From positions 1 through 64,000 of the forward strand of contig JBCCHT010000018.1 in assembly GCA_039028615.1 (NCBI GenBank): 64,000 nt of DNA, in the 5' to 3' direction. Source of the DNA: Myxococcota bacterium. GTDB lineage: Bacteria > Myxococcota_A > Polyangia > Nannocystales > Nannocystaceae. The position numbers were made by a program, and so were the translations under genes. Positions within the stretch are counted from its first letter, which is position 1, and every line of letters starts with the position of its first letter. Of the stretch, positions 62,359-64,000 are shown piece by piece. A model generated the notes under the pieces. It was not told where the DNA came from and did not search any database. It saw only the letters and a program-made list of their open reading frames with translations.

Positions 62359-62540
62359 AGGGGGGCCCTGTTGACGCCAGACGCCTACCCCGGACGTGCT
62401 CGTCGGGGAATTGGAGAGCGGGGTGCTTGTAGAGGCAGGTAGTCCCCGCCTGCGCGCGACCGGGGGCCCCTTCCGGCTACGCGGGTGCCCCCCGCGGCTT
62501 GAAGCCCGACTTTGATCGGGCTTCTGGTACGCATTGCTGC
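62359..62540 (-). repeat. Non-coding repeat family, copy R3 (left inverted repeat)
   Basis: Reverse complement of 63819-64000 with 17 mismatches in 182 bp by hand count. Confidence 0.92.
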
Positions 62541-62652
62541 GTAGGCCTTTTGCTTGCCTTGTGGTGAGGGAATGCTTGCGTCGTTTCGGGGCGCAACCTG
62601 CCGGCTCGCCGGGCGCTCGGCGATCTGATATACCAGCCCCGGAGAAAACGGC

Positions 62653-63645
62653 ATGAGCGGTCTGGTAAAACTGCAACTGAGTGACCTGTTCGATGGAAGT
62701 GCTGATTTGATCGTACTCCCATGTTCGACAAGTGGCACGATCACGCCAATGGTTGCTGTCAGGCTGGTGGAATATAGGATACCGGGCCCACCTCCCATGA
62801 ATCTCGGAGATGTCAGTATGTTGCCATTCGATGGCGCAGAGAATATTGCCCAATATGTTGCGTTTGCGACGTCTGTCCGTGGGATGGGTTCAGATCGACG
62901 GGAGATCCGTCGCATAGGAGAACAACTAGGTCAGTTCACCGTTTCGAACGAATCCATCCGGACGATATCTGCACCCTTGCTTGGAGCCGGGGCGGGGGGG
63001 CTATCCAGTAAGGTCGTCGTTGATGCACTGGCGGAGGGGTTTCGTAGCTGTGCCGAGCGTGATGCAGTCTTGACGATCCACGTGTTGCACCGCAGCGTTT
63101 ACGAGAAGCTCAGTGCGGAGGCCGTGCAACCCGATGCGAACGATCGGTTACGTTCGGCGGTGCCGATTCGTATCTTTCTCAGCTACTCGGGCACGAGCGA
63201 GCGCCACAAGGGCTGGGTGGCTGAGCTCGGGATTTTCTTGAGACAGCAAGGGATCAACGCTCGTCTCGACCAGTGGCACCTGCGTAGAGGTATGGATATG
63301 CCGCAGTGGATGAGCAATGAACTTTCGATGGCCGATCGCGTCGTCATTGTCTCGGATGCGAGGTATACGGAAAGAGCAGATGGCCGCATGGGTGGAGTGG
63401 GTTGGGAAACCATGCTGATTCAAGGCGAGATGTCCGGCCTCTCGCCCGATTCGACCAAGTATTTGGTGATCGTTCGTGAAACAGAAATGGACGCTGGGAC
63501 GCCTAGGTACCTGAAGACCAAGTTCGCGATTCACTGGCCAGAGGGAGCCGACGACAATTCGCTCCGGGATGTGCTCATAACGGAACTCTACGAAGTCGAG
63601 TTGGAGCCGCCACTAGCCTCACGACCTGCGCGCTATCTCGTGTGA
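62653..63645 (+). CDS. Macro domain + SEFIR/TIR domain protein (candidate anti-phage effector)
   Basis: Macro-like DLF..ADLIVLP and ISAPLLGAGAGGL; SEFIR/TIR IFLSYS..HKGWV..L..LRQQGINARLDQW..ADRVVIV..Y..RADG..GGVGWE; visibly lower GC than host genes. Confidence 0.85.
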   Translation: MSGLVKLQLSDLFDGSADLIVLPCSTSGTITPMVAVRLVEYRIPGPPPMNLGDVSMLPFDGAENIAQYVAFATSVRGMGSDRREIRRIGEQLGQFTVSNESIRTISAPLLGAGAGGLSSKVVVDALAEGFRSCAERDAVLTIHVLHRSVYEKLSAEAVQPDANDRLRSAVPIRIFLSYSGTSERHKGWVAELGIFLRQQGINARLDQWHLRRGMDMPQWMSNELSMADRVVIVSDARYTERADGRMGGVGWETMLIQGEMSGLSPDSTKYLVIVRETEMDAGTPRYLKTKFAIHWPEGADDNSLRDVLITELYEVELEPPLASRPARYLV

Positions 63646-63818
63646 CCCGGAGAGTGCTGATCGCGACCGACCCAGCTTTGGCCCCCGTACCAGGTTCTCA
63701 ATAGCGCCATTGGGTCTGGCCACGTCCGTATAGGCTCTCTCCTAGCCGGGAGTAGTCGACGTATCGTTCCTGTCAACGAGTGTTCGTGAGCGTAGCTGAG
63801 CCGCAGGCACCACTCAGT

Positions 63819-64000
63819 GCGGCAGTACGTGCCAGGAGCCCGATCAAAGTCAGGCTTCAAGTCGCGGGGGGCACCCGCGTAGCCGGAAGGGGCCCCCGGT
63901 CGCGCGGAGGAGGTGACTAGATGTTTCTACAAGCAGCGCGCTCTCCAATTCGCCGACGAGCACGTCCGGGGTAGGCGTCTGGCGTCAACAGGGCCCCCCT
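63819..64000 (+). repeat. Non-coding repeat family, copy R4 (right inverted repeat, truncated by the window edge)
   Basis: Inverted copy of 62359-62540; homologous cores with R1 and R2. Confidence 0.92.

Noticed and set aside
62341..62915. Minus-strand ORFs overlapping R3 and the Macro-SEFIR start
   Set aside because: No domain signal; they overlap a better-supported gene and a non-coding repeat, and none resembles a transposase.

Overview
High-GC chromosomal region around the replication origin. It probably comes from a myxobacterium (Myxococcota, Nannocystales-like), inferred from a MYXO-CTERM protein and many lipoproteins with Thr/Asp/Gly-rich tethers. The left part is the conserved core: gyrB-recF-dnaN-[oriC-like spacer]-dnaA, then divergent rpmH-rnpA-yidD-yidC-jag-mnmE, bioD/bioF, rsmG and a parS cluster with no parAB in the window. 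tsaD-rsmA-mutM, aspartokinase and accessory genes follow. Most notable observations: (1) a non-coding ~180-235 bp repeat family with four copies; two are tandem below gyrB and two are inverted around a lower-GC Macro+SEFIR/TIR gene, and the DNA beside one end of the repeat shows polar depletion of C; (2) a Fur-boxed iron locus where a sterol-desaturase-family membrane enzyme is fused in frame, through an internal signal-peptide-like segment, to a TonB-dependent receptor; (3) a 1,200-aa membrane-anchored STAND/AAA-like NTPase translationally coupled to an MscS channel; (4) a RelE/ParE toxin lacking a canonical start codon; (5) a degenerate IS91-like HUH transposase. No rRNA, tRNA or CRISPR array was seen. 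All calls come from motif recognition by eye; no searches were run.
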